Below, piece after piece: positions 49,180 through 58,497 of a DNA stretch of 58,497 nt. Under the pieces are notes generated by a model that worked only from the letters and a program-made list of their open reading frames with translations, was not told where the DNA came from and made no database searches. The DNA lies in sequence record SRR22947727_2297; one strand, written 5' to 3'. The translations under genes were made by a program, and so were the position numbers. The first letter of the stretch is position 1. Each line of letters begins with the position of its first letter.

Positions 49180-50662
49180 TTACGCACCGCCTTCGACGAC
49201 CCAGGCAGCTGATTCCACCCCTTTACCAGTGATATTGTAAACGGCGATCACCAAACAAATCGCGGTGATTCCAAAAACGATGGGCTTCATCGGCACTTTC
49301 CAACCTAATTTAGGAATGGTGAAGACGTTCGCGAATTTGTTGAGGAACGCGATCATCACGAAAACCAATGCGGGGGCCGTTGATAACATAAGTCGCGGTC
49401 CCGTCCGAATGATTTCCAGCCATAGAGGATGCCGTATCCGACAAAAAAACCTAGGATGTATAACAGTTCGACCCAATAGCGGCGCGCGAGTTTAAAAATT
49501 GGTACGATAAACAGAATTCCAATCAGGACACAAAGTCGAAACGTCCGTTTTTTGGTGATCCGATGGAACTCGCGATACTCCCGTGTGATGCGCCCCAATG
49601 TATTGCCGGCGCCTTCAACAGGGCGCTCGATAAAATGGCTGAGGTCGTCTTTTTGCGAGGCTCAATAGGTCTGGAATATTGGCGCATCGTCGGGAATTCC
49701 ATTCTCCGGATCGGAGAGAATCCGCCATCTCTTTTTGGAGGTTTCATCCTCCTGCCACATGAGGTGCTTGCTATGAACGCTCCAAAAGGGGCTGTCATAG
49801 ACGGTCGCTGTCTGCGCGAAATAAGGGGACATAAGAACAAGCCCAAGTGCGGGGATGATGGCGCCTTTTCCGACGTCCAATCCCCAACCTTTCCAGGAAA
49901 ACTCAGAGGTCGTCATTTTCTTTTTCAACTCCACGAAAAGGCGAATTGCGTAGCAAACAACAAACAGAAGCAGTAACGGGGAGAGTGCCGATTTTACAAA
50001 ATAAGCTGCGGCCACAAGCACCCCTGCGATGATTCCCCGCTTCCATGTCGGGTTGATTATTTGCCGCCAGAGAAGGACAAAGCACATCAGAAAAAGCGCG
50101 TAAAAGAGCATTTCCGGTTGAACGTAAATGCATTTAAAAACAAAGATCGTCCATCCAACGATCCACGTAAATAGAAGCGAACCGTAGATGCCTAACATCG
50201 AGATTCCGAAGAAGAAGAGAATCACCAAAAGCACCATGCTGAGAACGATATTGAACTCGCGGCTTCGAGCAAAATACTCGTCGCTCACGCGTCGCCTGGC
50301 TCGCCTTCATAGGCGAGTGATTCGTCGTACAAAAGCGAAAGTAGAATCGGATAGCCCGGGGTCCGTTGCCTGGGCAAAAAATAATCGTAATTACTGCGCT
50401 TCAGCAGGCGGCCCAAGTTCATGTAAACGTGCTGATCGTGATGAAAGATCACGTGAACTTTTACCTTGTCGGTATCAGTAGAATCTAAGAAAGAGGAATT
50501 CTCGTTATTCGGATTGAAGATCGCTTCCCGCTTTTTTGCGGTCGAATAATAAAGTGGAAGGCAAATGGAAAATACGAGTGCGACAACAATCCAAGGCACG
50601 AACCGTCGATAGGTTGCGGCTTTCGTTTTCGAATGCGATAATTTGGTTTCAGCTCCGTCCAT
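49180..50662 (-). pseudogene. Disrupted GT-C membrane glycosyltransferase-like gene (paralog of 39761..41263)
   Basis: Four ORF pieces colinear with the intact paralog; frameshift near 50288, in-frame TGA at 49664-49662, frameshift near 49415. Confidence 0.75.
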
Positions 50663-50710
50663 TGATGAGCGATTTTTAACCGTATATCCTACGATACAAG
50701 CCTGAATTTC

Positions 50711-51142
50711 ATGAAAATCCTGTCTGGTTTCACCGCTTTGTTAGTATGTCTGGTTTTTGCAGCGTGTAACAAGAGTAAAACAGTCATCGACGCTTGGGAC
50801 GTAGAAGTGGGACTTTTAGAATCCACACCATTTCCTGCGCTTGAAGAAATTCAGCCTTATGACGATGCATTGGTTGCTCATCGGTATCAGCTTCTTTCCG
50901 CTGTTGCGGTAGAACGCGAATCCCCGGCCTTGGCAGTCCAGCAACTGATCATCCTCCACTGGGCGATCCGGGACAAAAAGCCGATCGGATCTGTGAAAAA
51001 TTTCAAGCAGGGTGACGTGAAAAAATTCACGATTCAACGAAAATTAGATCGAAGTGATTTGAACGGCCGCTACATAAAAAACGGTATTGATGACTTTGAG
51101 TTGTTTTTGTTTGTCGAAGCAGAAGGCAAAACAAAGTCCTGA
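50711..51142 (+). CDS. Putative lipoprotein
   Basis: Signal peptide with lipobox FAAC. Confidence 0.7.
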   Translation: MKILSGFTALLVCLVFAACNKSKTVIDAWDVEVGLLESTPFPALEEIQPYDDALVAHRYQLLSAVAVERESPALAVQQLIILHWAIRDKKPIGSVKNFKQGDVKKFTIQRKLDRSDLNGRYIKNGIDDFELFLFVEAEGKTKS

Positions 51143-51152
51143 CTTTTTTTGA

Positions 51153-52481
51153 TCAAACCAAATCAAATTTCCCGTCGCTGTCACCAAGTTGTTCGGCGCT
51201 GACTCCGGCTTTTTCGAGTAGCGACAGATACAAATTTGTCATGGGAACGGGTTGTTTAGTTTTTACATGACGCCCTGGATTGAGCTTTCCATTCGCTTTT
51301 CCTGCGAGGACTACTGGAAGATTGTCGTGATCATGACGGTCCGCATCGCTGATTCCACCGCCGAAAACGATCATCGATTGATCCAGCAAACTCTGCCCGG
51401 CCGGGTCTTTCGCTGCTTTCATTTTCTCGAGAAAATACGCAAACTGCTCGACGTAAAACCGATCAATCTTCGCGATCTTTTCCATTTTTTTGGCATCGCG
51501 CCGGTGGTGGGAAAGATGATGATGACCATCGGGAACCCCGATTTCTCGGAAGCTGCGATTGGATCCATCATGAGCGACAAGAAAACTCGCAATCCGGGTC
51601 GTATCGCTTTGAAACGCCAGCACCATCATGTCGTACATGATGCGGATGTGATCTCTATAAGTGCCGGGAATTCCCTTCGGCGCCGTTGCATTCGGCATTG
51701 CTGCGCGAAATTTTTCCGCATTTTCAATCTTCCGTTCCATTTCGCGAACGCCGGTCAGATATTCTTCAATTTTCTGTTGGTCGGTGTAACCCAGTTTTTT
51801 CTGAAGCGATTTGGCATCCTCCATCACATAGTCAAGCAGACTGCTCTGATGAGAAAGTCGGCGGGCCTGTTCTTTCGGATCGATACTGGCTTTGTCGCTA
51901 CCGAACAGTTTTTCAAAAACAAGCCGGGGATCAATTTCCGGTGGAAGCGGAAGTGTTTCGCTGCGCCATGAAAAATTAAACTGATAAGCGCAACTGTAAC
52001 CGGAATCACAACGACCCGCTTTTCGAGCCGGATCACACCCCAGCTGAAGCGAATCGATTTTCGTCTCACTCCCAATTTGGGCAGCTGCGATCTGATCCAC
52101 AGAAACGCCAAGTTTGATATCAGCCCCGGCAGTTTTACGAGCCTGCGCTCCGGTCAGGAAAGTAGCAGTCGCACGAGCATGATCCCCGCCCCCATCTCCA
52201 TTTGCATCTGCTTTATCGTGAGCCAGCCCTGAAATAACTTGCAGCTCGTTCTTTACATTTTTCAGCGATGAAAGCGTTGGCGACAATTTCCAATCGGCTC
52301 CTGCACCGCTCGGCGTCCACTCGGGCATGATTGCTCCATTTGGCGTATAAACATAGGCCATCCGAAGCGGAGCGGCGGCATCGCCTCCTTTCGCAAAAAC
52401 ACTCGAACCTTCCAAGGTTGGCAGCGCAATAGTTGCGCCCAAACCACGGAGAAAACGGCGACGTGAGGCGGATGAATTCAT
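51153..52481 (-). CDS. DUF1552 (HXXSHH) family protein
   Basis: Tat-like SRRRFLRG, CDSGYSCAY, HHHLSHH motif, HDHDNLP. Confidence 0.92.
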   Translation of the reverse strand: MNSSASRRRFLRGLGATIALPTLEGSSVFAKGGDAAAPLRMAYVYTPNGAIMPEWTPSGAGADWKLSPTLSSLKNVKNELQVISGLAHDKADANGDGGGDHARATATFLTGAQARKTAGADIKLGVSVDQIAAAQIGSETKIDSLQLGCDPARKAGRCDSGYSCAYQFNFSWRSETLPLPPEIDPRLVFEKLFGSDKASIDPKEQARRLSHQSSLLDYVMEDAKSLQKKLGYTDQQKIEEYLTGVREMERKIENAEKFRAAMPNATAPKGIPGTYRDHIRIMYDMMVLAFQSDTTRIASFLVAHDGSNRSFREIGVPDGHHHLSHHRRDAKKMEKIAKIDRFYVEQFAYFLEKMKAAKDPAGQSLLDQSMIVFGGGISDADRHDHDNLPVVLAGKANGKLNPGRHVKTKQPVPMTNLYLSLLEKAGVSAEQLGDSDGKFDLV

Positions 52482-52555
52482 GAATTTACAAACTCAAACT
52501 AAACTCCGGCCGTCCCGCAACAAGTGGCTCATTCGGGTACGCAGAAATTAGCTTC

Positions 52556-53155
52556 TTAGCCAATTTTTGAAACAAGGTCGATCTGTTCCATCTTTTCCAT
52601 GAGCACTTCAAAGTCATCGGAAGCTACCAGATTCGAGGCATGATCCGCATTTAAAAATCCGCCACCGACCATATTCTCATCGAGAAATTGAATCAGCGAA
52701 TCGTAATAGCCTGCGACGTTGAGAACGCCATTCGGCTTTGGTTTTTGGCCGTGAAGATCAAGCAATCCCCACGTCACCATTTCGAAAAGTTCATCCATCG
52801 TTCCCATGCCACCCGGCAAAGAAACGAACGCGTCTGACAAATCAGCCATGCGAGTCTTCCGCTCCAGCATGGTCTCGACAACGTCCAGCTGCGTCAGGCC
52901 TCGGTGCCCCACTTCACGATCCAAAAGCTTTGCGGTGATCACGCCGATGATTTTTCCGCCAGCTTCCAGACACGCGTCCGCTAGCTCTCCCATCAAGCCA
53001 ACACTCCCGCCTCCATAAACAATTTGGATGTCACGACTGGCCAAATATTTCGCAAATGCACGAGTTTGCTCAACAAATGTGGGATCGTTTCCTGATTGAG
53101 AGCCACAGAAAACGCAAAGGGATTTGATTTCGTTTTTAGCCGACATGTCTTTCAC
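52556..53155 (-). CDS. LOG family (TIGR00730) nucleotide phosphoribohydrolase
   Basis: VFCGS, VYGGGSVGLMG, MLERK, LPGGMGTMDELFE; GTGA overlap with the pirin stop. Confidence 0.93.
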   Translation of the reverse strand: MKDMSAKNEIKSLCVFCGSQSGNDPTFVEQTRAFAKYLASRDIQIVYGGGSVGLMGELADACLEAGGKIIGVITAKLLDREVGHRGLTQLDVVETMLERKTRMADLSDAFVSLPGGMGTMDELFEMVTWGLLDLHGQKPKPNGVLNVAGYYDSLIQFLDENMVGGGFLNADHASNLVASDDFEVLMEKMEQIDLVSKIG

Positions 53156-53868
53156 AGTTCGATTGCAATGAATTTACTTTTCTCTTTTGCCGCTACCGAA
53201 AAACCACTCTCCGAGCTCACTGCGGCGCCATCCCCCGAAAGGAGAAACTCCTGATTGCTGCCCAATTCCAAATCGCCGTCGATAACTTGAATCCAAAAAT
53301 TCAGCCCTCCAAGCTCCGGTTTCACAACGCACGACTGATTTGCATCGAGTTCACCGAGCCAAATCGTCACATCCTGCCGCACCATGAGTGAATCATCCCG
53401 ACCGTTATTGCTGGCTAAAAGAGTCAATCCATCTTCGGAGTGTCTTTGGCGGGGATCCATTTCAGCATAAATCGGAGTTCCTCCCGGCTGATCCGGTTCA
53501 ATCCAAAATTGCAAAAAATGAACCGGTTCCGACTTTGAAGCATTGACCTCACTGTGCATCACACCTGAAGCAGCGCTCATGTATTGAAACTCCCCCTCAT
53601 TGACCTTCCGCCGGTTACCCAAACTATCCTCATGCTGAAGCGCTCCGCTGATGACGTAGGAAAATATCTCCATAGAATGATGAGGGTGCATTCCAAATCC
53701 AGACCCTGCGGAAACTGTGTCTTCATTCATGATTCGCAAGGCGGAAAATCCGATATATTCCGGATCATAAAAGTCCCCGAACGAAAACGAATGCTTGCTC
53801 TCCAGCCAATCGAAACGGGTGTGGCCGCGCGCTTCAGATGGGCGCTTGATGATTGAAATTTCGGACAT
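53152..53868 (-). CDS. Pirin family protein (YhhW-like)
   Basis: RGHTRFDWLESKHSFSF, GFGMHPH, HEDSLGN, MSAASGVMHSE; start at ATG 53868. Confidence 0.93.
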   Translation of the reverse strand: MSEISIIKRPSEARGHTRFDWLESKHSFSFGDFYDPEYIGFSALRIMNEDTVSAGSGFGMHPHHSMEIFSYVISGALQHEDSLGNRRKVNEGEFQYMSAASGVMHSEVNASKSEPVHFLQFWIEPDQPGGTPIYAEMDPRQRHSEDGLTLLASNNGRDDSLMVRQDVTIWLGELDANQSCVVKPELGGLNFWIQVIDGDLELGSNQEFLLSGDGAAVSSESGFSVAAKEKSKFIAIEL

Positions 53869-53890
53869 ATCAGCTGCGGAATGACTGCTA

Positions 53891-53955
53891 CGAGTCAACA
53901 GGGTGCGCTCGACGAACCAACAGGGTTTGATCGTCGAATCAACTCGGAACTCGTT
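53891..53955. repeat. 21-bp palindromic repeat array (3 units, the third degenerate)
   Basis: cgagtcaa-caggg-tgcgctcg a cgaaccaa-caggg-tttgatcg t cgaatcaa-ctcgg... Confidence 0.75.
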
Positions 53956-53996
53956 TGAATCGTGACAAAGCGCCCTCTTTCTATTAAGAATCGGAA

Positions 53997-54599
53997 ATGA
54001 AACCAAGATTTTATCTATCGGTCCTCTCCATTTGTTTGCTCAGCAGTATCTCTTTTTCTCAAGAGGCCGATGGGTTGAAATCGATCTTCAACGGTAAGGA
54101 TTTTACCGGATGGAAATTGCCTGACGACAACGTCTGGTTCACCGCAGCCGACGGAATATTAACGGTGAAAAACAGCCCCGACAAAAAGGGAAAAACGATT
54201 TGGACAACGGCGGAGTATGCGGATTTCTCGATGGAATTCGATTTCAAATTCGGGAAGGGAATCGTCGATTCCGGAATTTTCATTAAAAACGAAAAGGAAC
54301 AAATTCAAATCGGGATTTCGGGTTCGAAAAAGCGCGACATGACTGCCTCTCCATATATTCCGGGCAAAGGCTATCCGGTCGAAGCGGAGGGAGTTAAGGA
54401 ATTGCTCAAACTCGACGATTGGAATTCCATGCGAATCGAAGTAAGCGGAAAGCTTTATACGGTCTGGTTGAACGGAAAAAAGGTGATGACCTACGAATCC
54501 GAATCAGCCATCGAAAAGGGACCGCTTGGGATTCAACTTCACGCTGGAAAAGAAATGGCGATTGAATATCGGAATCTGAAAGCAACCTCGCAGAAGTGA
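53997..54599 (+). CDS. DUF1080 (3-keto-disaccharide hydrolase-like) secreted protein
   Basis: SIFNGKDFTGW, DSGIF, WNSMRI, GPLGIQLH, YRNL. Confidence 0.9.
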   Translation: MKPRFYLSVLSICLLSSISFSQEADGLKSIFNGKDFTGWKLPDDNVWFTAADGILTVKNSPDKKGKTIWTTAEYADFSMEFDFKFGKGIVDSGIFIKNEKEQIQIGISGSKKRDMTASPYIPGKGYPVEAEGVKELLKLDDWNSMRIEVSGKLYTVWLNGKKVMTYESESAIEKGPLGIQLHAGKEMAIEYRNLKATSQK

Positions 54600-55915
54600 G
54601 TTCGCCGACTAGCCATTTGCGCGCCCGTCTTCTGGCCATCTTGGCGATCGCAATTGGCGTCGCCATTTTGGCAGGGGCCGTTTACGCGGTCACGCATTGG
54701 AAAAAATCGGTCACCTTGCGGCTCAGCGCCGGTCAGCCGGGCGGAACGTATCTGCCGTTTGCCTACGACCTTGCTAAATTGATCGAGCAAAAAAATCCGC
54801 AGATCAAAGTCGAAGTTCTCGAAAGCGATGGCAGTTCAGAAAACTCGCGGCGCGTCACAAGTGGTGAAGCTGAGCTGGCATTGATTCAAAATGACATTCC
54901 CGGCACAAGCGAAATCCGTGCGATTGGGCCGCTTTATTCCGGTGCCCTCCATATTATTGTTCGCCGAGATTCAGAAATACGGACCCTATCGGACCTTCGA
55001 AATCACAAGGTTGGATACGGAAAAGCAAGAAGCGGCACTCCCCAAATTGTTCACGCACTATTGGATCATTACGAATTAAAGAAAGAAATCAAACTCGTCT
55101 CTCTTGAAATTGAAAACGGTTTTTCCATGCTGAAGCAACGTGAGATCGATGCACTGATGATCATGTTGGGCGTAGGATCGCCCGCCATGGAAACCGCTGC
55201 CGACGATGGCGATGTGAGACTTATTCCTATCGGGAGTTCCATCGACCAAGGCTCCGAGCTCGAAAGTTTCCAACTGCATTATCCATTCGCGGAGTCCATT
55301 CTCATACCCCGGTTTGCTTACGCAGTCCCAACTGACCAGCGGCCAGGCGTTCCCGAACAGGGAATTCCGGCTGTGTCTGTTCGGACCGTTTTGGCGACGC
55401 ATTCGAAGGTTCCTTCTCATGTCATCGAAAAAATCACGAAAACGCTGCACGAAAATCGCGCAGCTCTGATTCGAGAATATCCTCCTGCCGCAGAAATTTC
55501 AGAGAGCTTTGATCGTGGTTCGTTGCAGTTTCCTTTGCATGTCGGAGCTGCGCGATATTTGCAACGAAATGAACCCGGATTTCTCGTGAAATATGCTGAA
55601 GTGATGGGGTTGTCACTTTCGTTGTTGATTGCCGCAATCGGTTTGCTTGCAACGCTGAAATCATGGTTTCATCAAAAGCAAAAAGACCGAATTGATGATT
55701 ACTACCTTCAGCTCGATGCGATTTTGGAAAGACTCGAACCCAACGATTTGGATCAGGATGCGCTCTTTGAAATCCACGAAGAACTTCGATCACTCAGAAG
55801 GTGCGCGGTTCGTCAGCTGTCTCAGGAAAAGCTACTTCCCGACGAATCCTTTCGGATTTTCCAAGGCCTGTTATCGGACTGTCAGAACCGGGTCCGCCGC
55901 ATGCAGGAGAACTGA
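54596..55915 (+). CDS. TAXI-family solute-binding protein with C-terminal TM and helical extension
   Basis: AGQPGGTY, GSSEN, ALIQND, HIIVR, FPLHVGAARY. Confidence 0.85.
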   Translation: MSSPTSHLRARLLAILAIAIGVAILAGAVYAVTHWKKSVTLRLSAGQPGGTYLPFAYDLAKLIEQKNPQIKVEVLESDGSSENSRRVTSGEAELALIQNDIPGTSEIRAIGPLYSGALHIIVRRDSEIRTLSDLRNHKVGYGKARSGTPQIVHALLDHYELKKEIKLVSLEIENGFSMLKQREIDALMIMLGVGSPAMETAADDGDVRLIPIGSSIDQGSELESFQLHYPFAESILIPRFAYAVPTDQRPGVPEQGIPAVSVRTVLATHSKVPSHVIEKITKTLHENRAALIREYPPAAEISESFDRGSLQFPLHVGAARYLQRNEPGFLVKYAEVMGLSLSLLIAAIGLLATLKSWFHQKQKDRIDDYYLQLDAILERLEPNDLDQDALFEIHEELRSLRRCAVRQLSQEKLLPDESFRIFQGLLSDCQNRVRRMQEN

Positions 55916-55957
55916 TTTCCAAACCCGCAATTCCAGGCCAATTCACCGCGGCTCTGC

Positions 55958-57607
55958 TCAAGCAGGAGCCAAAAGCGTCTCCGCGAGCGCGATCGTTTGT
56001 TCGCTTTTTCCGCCGAGCATCCTGGCAAGTTCTTCGACCCGCTTTTTACCACTAATCGGCACCAGACCGGAACTCGTCACTCCTTTGCTCACCGTTTTCG
56101 TCACCAGATAATGATGGTGCGCCAACGACGCAACTTGTGGCATGTGCGTGATTGATACCACCTGATGTTGCTTCCCAAGATTTGCCATCTTACGACCCAC
56201 CGCACCGGCGATTTCTCCACCGACATTCGCGTCAATTTCATCAAAAACCATCAGTGGAATCTGATCCTGATCCGCCAGCGCACTTTTCACCGCCAGCATC
56301 ACTCGCGACATTTCACCGCTCGATGCAATAATTCGCAATGGCTTGAGCGGTTCTCCGGGATTCGGCCCGAACATAAATTCAACCGCTTCGTATCCGCGCA
56401 AACTTGGCTCACCGATCGTTACCAAGTCGATTTCAAACATCGATTGCTTGAACCCGAGATCTTTGAGGTGACCCGCAATGTCTTTCGCCAATTTTGGAGC
56501 AGCCGTTTTCCGTTTCTTCGTCAATTTTACCGACACCACATCCAGTTTTGCCCGCGTAGCCTCGACCGCTGCCGAAAGCCGTTCCAGTTCGTTTCCCCGC
56601 CCGTCGATTTGATTCACGCGTTCTGTTGCGCGCATTCCGTAGGTGATGACTTCCTCGATCGATTGACCGTATTTTCGTTTCAGCCCCTCGATCTGATCAA
56701 TCCGATTCTCCATCTCAACCACTTCGGTCGGATCAAATTCCAAATCTCCGGCATACTCTTGCAAATTTACTTCCAGTTCCTCAATTTCCAAACGAGCCGA
56801 TTCAAAACCACTCGTTATTTTATTGATATCAGGATCCAAATGCTCCAAGTCGCGCAACGCACGCTGCACGTCAGAGAGGGAACTGGTCGCTTCACTCAAC
56901 TTGCCTGATGCATCCGATACATATTCAGACAACTTCGCTCCATTTCGCGCCAGCTGATACTGCTGTTCCATTTCCGTGATCGCCTGCGGATTCAGCTCTG
57001 CTTTAAAAATTTCCTCAGCTTGATAGCGCAGCAATTCGATTTCCTGATCACTCGCCTGACGCAAATCCCGAAACGAATCCAGTTCATCCAGAGCTCGCTG
57101 CCACGTCCGATACGCATCCGCATAAGCCGACTGCTCTTTCCGGGCGTGCGCATACGCATCCAGCATATTCAGCTGGCGATCCGGCGACAACAGCGACTGA
57201 TGCTCGTGCGGCCCGTGAAGATCCACCAAATATTTTCCCAGCGATTTCAACGCGGCAAGCGTGCACGGCGAGCAATTCACAAACTGCTTATTTCCACTCG
57301 CCCCACCAAAGATTCGCTTCACCACGAGGCAGTTGCCCTCGCATGCCTCCAATCCCGCTTCTTCCAGCAAATCGTTCACGCTTTGCAAATTCGATGATAG
57401 CTCGAAAATCGCTTCAACCGCGCAACTTTTCTCCCCGGTACGGATGAGTTCGTGATTCGCCCGCTCGCCGAGAATCAACTTCAGCGCGCCGACAATCATC
57501 GACTTTCCGGCTCCAGTGCCGCCAGTGACCCCGATCAATCCGGAGCCGAGTTCCCACGTCAAATCGTCGACGAGGGCGAGATTTTTGATTTTCAGAATCG
57601 AGAGCAT
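55958..57607 (-). CDS. recN: DNA repair protein RecN
   Basis: LKIKNLALVD, GGTGAGKS, HGPHEHQ, ASSGEMSRVMLA, FDEIDANVGG, ITHMPQVA; start at ATG 57607. Confidence 0.96.
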   Translation of the reverse strand: MLSILKIKNLALVDDLTWELGSGLIGVTGGTGAGKSMIVGALKLILGERANHELIRTGEKSCAVEAIFELSSNLQSVNDLLEEAGLEACEGNCLVVKRIFGGASGNKQFVNCSPCTLAALKSLGKYLVDLHGPHEHQSLLSPDRQLNMLDAYAHARKEQSAYADAYRTWQRALDELDSFRDLRQASDQEIELLRYQAEEIFKAELNPQAITEMEQQYQLARNGAKLSEYVSDASGKLSEATSSLSDVQRALRDLEHLDPDINKITSGFESARLEIEELEVNLQEYAGDLEFDPTEVVEMENRIDQIEGLKRKYGQSIEEVITYGMRATERVNQIDGRGNELERLSAAVEATRAKLDVVSVKLTKKRKTAAPKLAKDIAGHLKDLGFKQSMFEIDLVTIGEPSLRGYEAVEFMFGPNPGEPLKPLRIIASSGEMSRVMLAVKSALADQDQIPLMVFDEIDANVGGEIAGAVGRKMANLGKQHQVVSITHMPQVASLAHHHYLVTKTVSKGVTSSGLVPISGKKRVEELARMLGGKSEQTIALAETLLAPA

Positions 57608-57664
57608 GGTATGATAATTTGTTAGCTTTACTGTATTATTGTTCAAGTGTTCAAAAATGCAACA

Positions 57665-58453
57665 ATGAATTCTCTTTTCCAAATAACTTTTCTAGGCACA
57701 GGCACTTCCATTGGTGTTCCCGTGATTGGGTGTAACTGCGCCGTATGCACTTCGGACGACCCGAAAAACAACCGGACCCGCTCTTCCATTCACATTCAAA
57801 CCCCCGAGCTTTCCCTTGTCGTCGATACCGGCCCTGACTTCCGCGACCAGTGCCTGCGTGAAAAAATCACCCAGCTCGACGCCGCGCTTTTTACCCATGC
57901 GCACAGCGATCACATCATGGGTTTTGATGACCTCCGGCGCTTCACGGTTGCCGCAGATGCCAATATCGACATCTACGGGCATCCTGAAACCCTCACCAAA
58001 CTGAAGACTGCTTTTGATTATGTCTTCAACGGCGAGAATCACTACGTTGGGTATTTAAAGCCCGTCGCTCACGAAATTGACGGCCCCTTTTCGTTGGGCG
58101 ATTTGGAAGTGACTCCGCTGCCCGTTACTCACGGTAAAGTCGATACGATTGGTTTCCTTTTCAGCCAGTCAGGAAAAAAACGACTCGCCTACATTCCCGA
58201 CGCGAAAACGCTCTCACCGGAAGCCACCGAAGCGATCCGCGATGTGGAGGTTCTCATCCTTGATGCGCTTCACGACAAACCGCATCCGACTCATTTATCG
58301 ATTAGCGAGTCGATAGAAATCGCTCAACAGGCCGATGCCGGTCAGACGTGGTTTACCCACTTTTCCTGCCGCGTTGATTATACAGTCGTGGAACCCACGC
58401 TGCCCGGAGGGATCCAACTTGGGTGGGACGGTTTAGAAATCAGCGCTAACTGA
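57665..58453 (+). CDS. MBL-fold metallo-hydrolase (PhnP-like)
   Basis: FLGTGTSIGVPVIGCNCAVC, VDTGPD, THAHSDH, HPTH, FTH; start at ATG 57665. Confidence 0.92.
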   Translation: MNSLFQITFLGTGTSIGVPVIGCNCAVCTSDDPKNNRTRSSIHIQTPELSLVVDTGPDFRDQCLREKITQLDAALFTHAHSDHIMGFDDLRRFTVAADANIDIYGHPETLTKLKTAFDYVFNGENHYVGYLKPVAHEIDGPFSLGDLEVTPLPVTHGKVDTIGFLFSQSGKKRLAYIPDAKTLSPEATEAIRDVEVLILDALHDKPHPTHLSISESIEIAQQADAGQTWFTHFSCRVDYTVVEPTLPGGIQLGWDGLEISAN

Positions 58454-58497
58454 CTGACTGATATTGAATTGATAGGAATTTGCTTATTCAAGGATTT

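Noticed and set aside
49662-49664. In-frame TGA as recoding (Trp or Sec)
   Set aside because: Many intact genes here end in TGA and the same gene has two further frameshifts, so decay is the simpler explanation
56165-56908. 247-aa ORF antisense to recN, and the 239-aa ORF at 51252 antisense to DUF1552
   Set aside because: Fully overlap well-supported genes on the opposite strand, with no motif support

Overview
Gene-dense bacterial chromosomal segment, most likely from a Verrucomicrobiales (PVC superphylum) genome. That call rests on a PVC-type CxxCH heme protein, DUF1552, DUF1080, an H-X9-DG prepilin and 'DAKAPI' outer-membrane proteins. It carries core genes (priA, polA, recN, family-4 UDG, metH, folP, ygfZ-like, cyclophilin, pspA-like). 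It also has a 10-gene atypical Mrp Na+/H+ antiporter operon, a BtuB-like TonB receptor directly upstream of metH, tandem porin-like paralogs and two GT-C-type membrane glycosyltransferase paralogs, one broken by three lesions. I saw no rRNA, tRNA, CRISPR array, transposase or phage gene. The most interesting signals are non-coding. (1) A dispersed, degenerate 21-bp palindromic unit (YGAWCMAA-N5-TTKGWTCG, core usually CAGGG/CCCTG) forms mostly 22-bp-period arrays at eight or more intergenic loci. (2) A tandemly duplicated 69-nt structured element lies downstream of an outer-membrane gene, and its stem differences are G-U-compatible only on the minus strand (candidate sibling sRNAs). (3) The 3' UTR of one porin paralog holds a 13-nt sequence complementary to the ribosome-binding region of the next paralog. 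All product calls come from motif recognition by eye; no database search was run.
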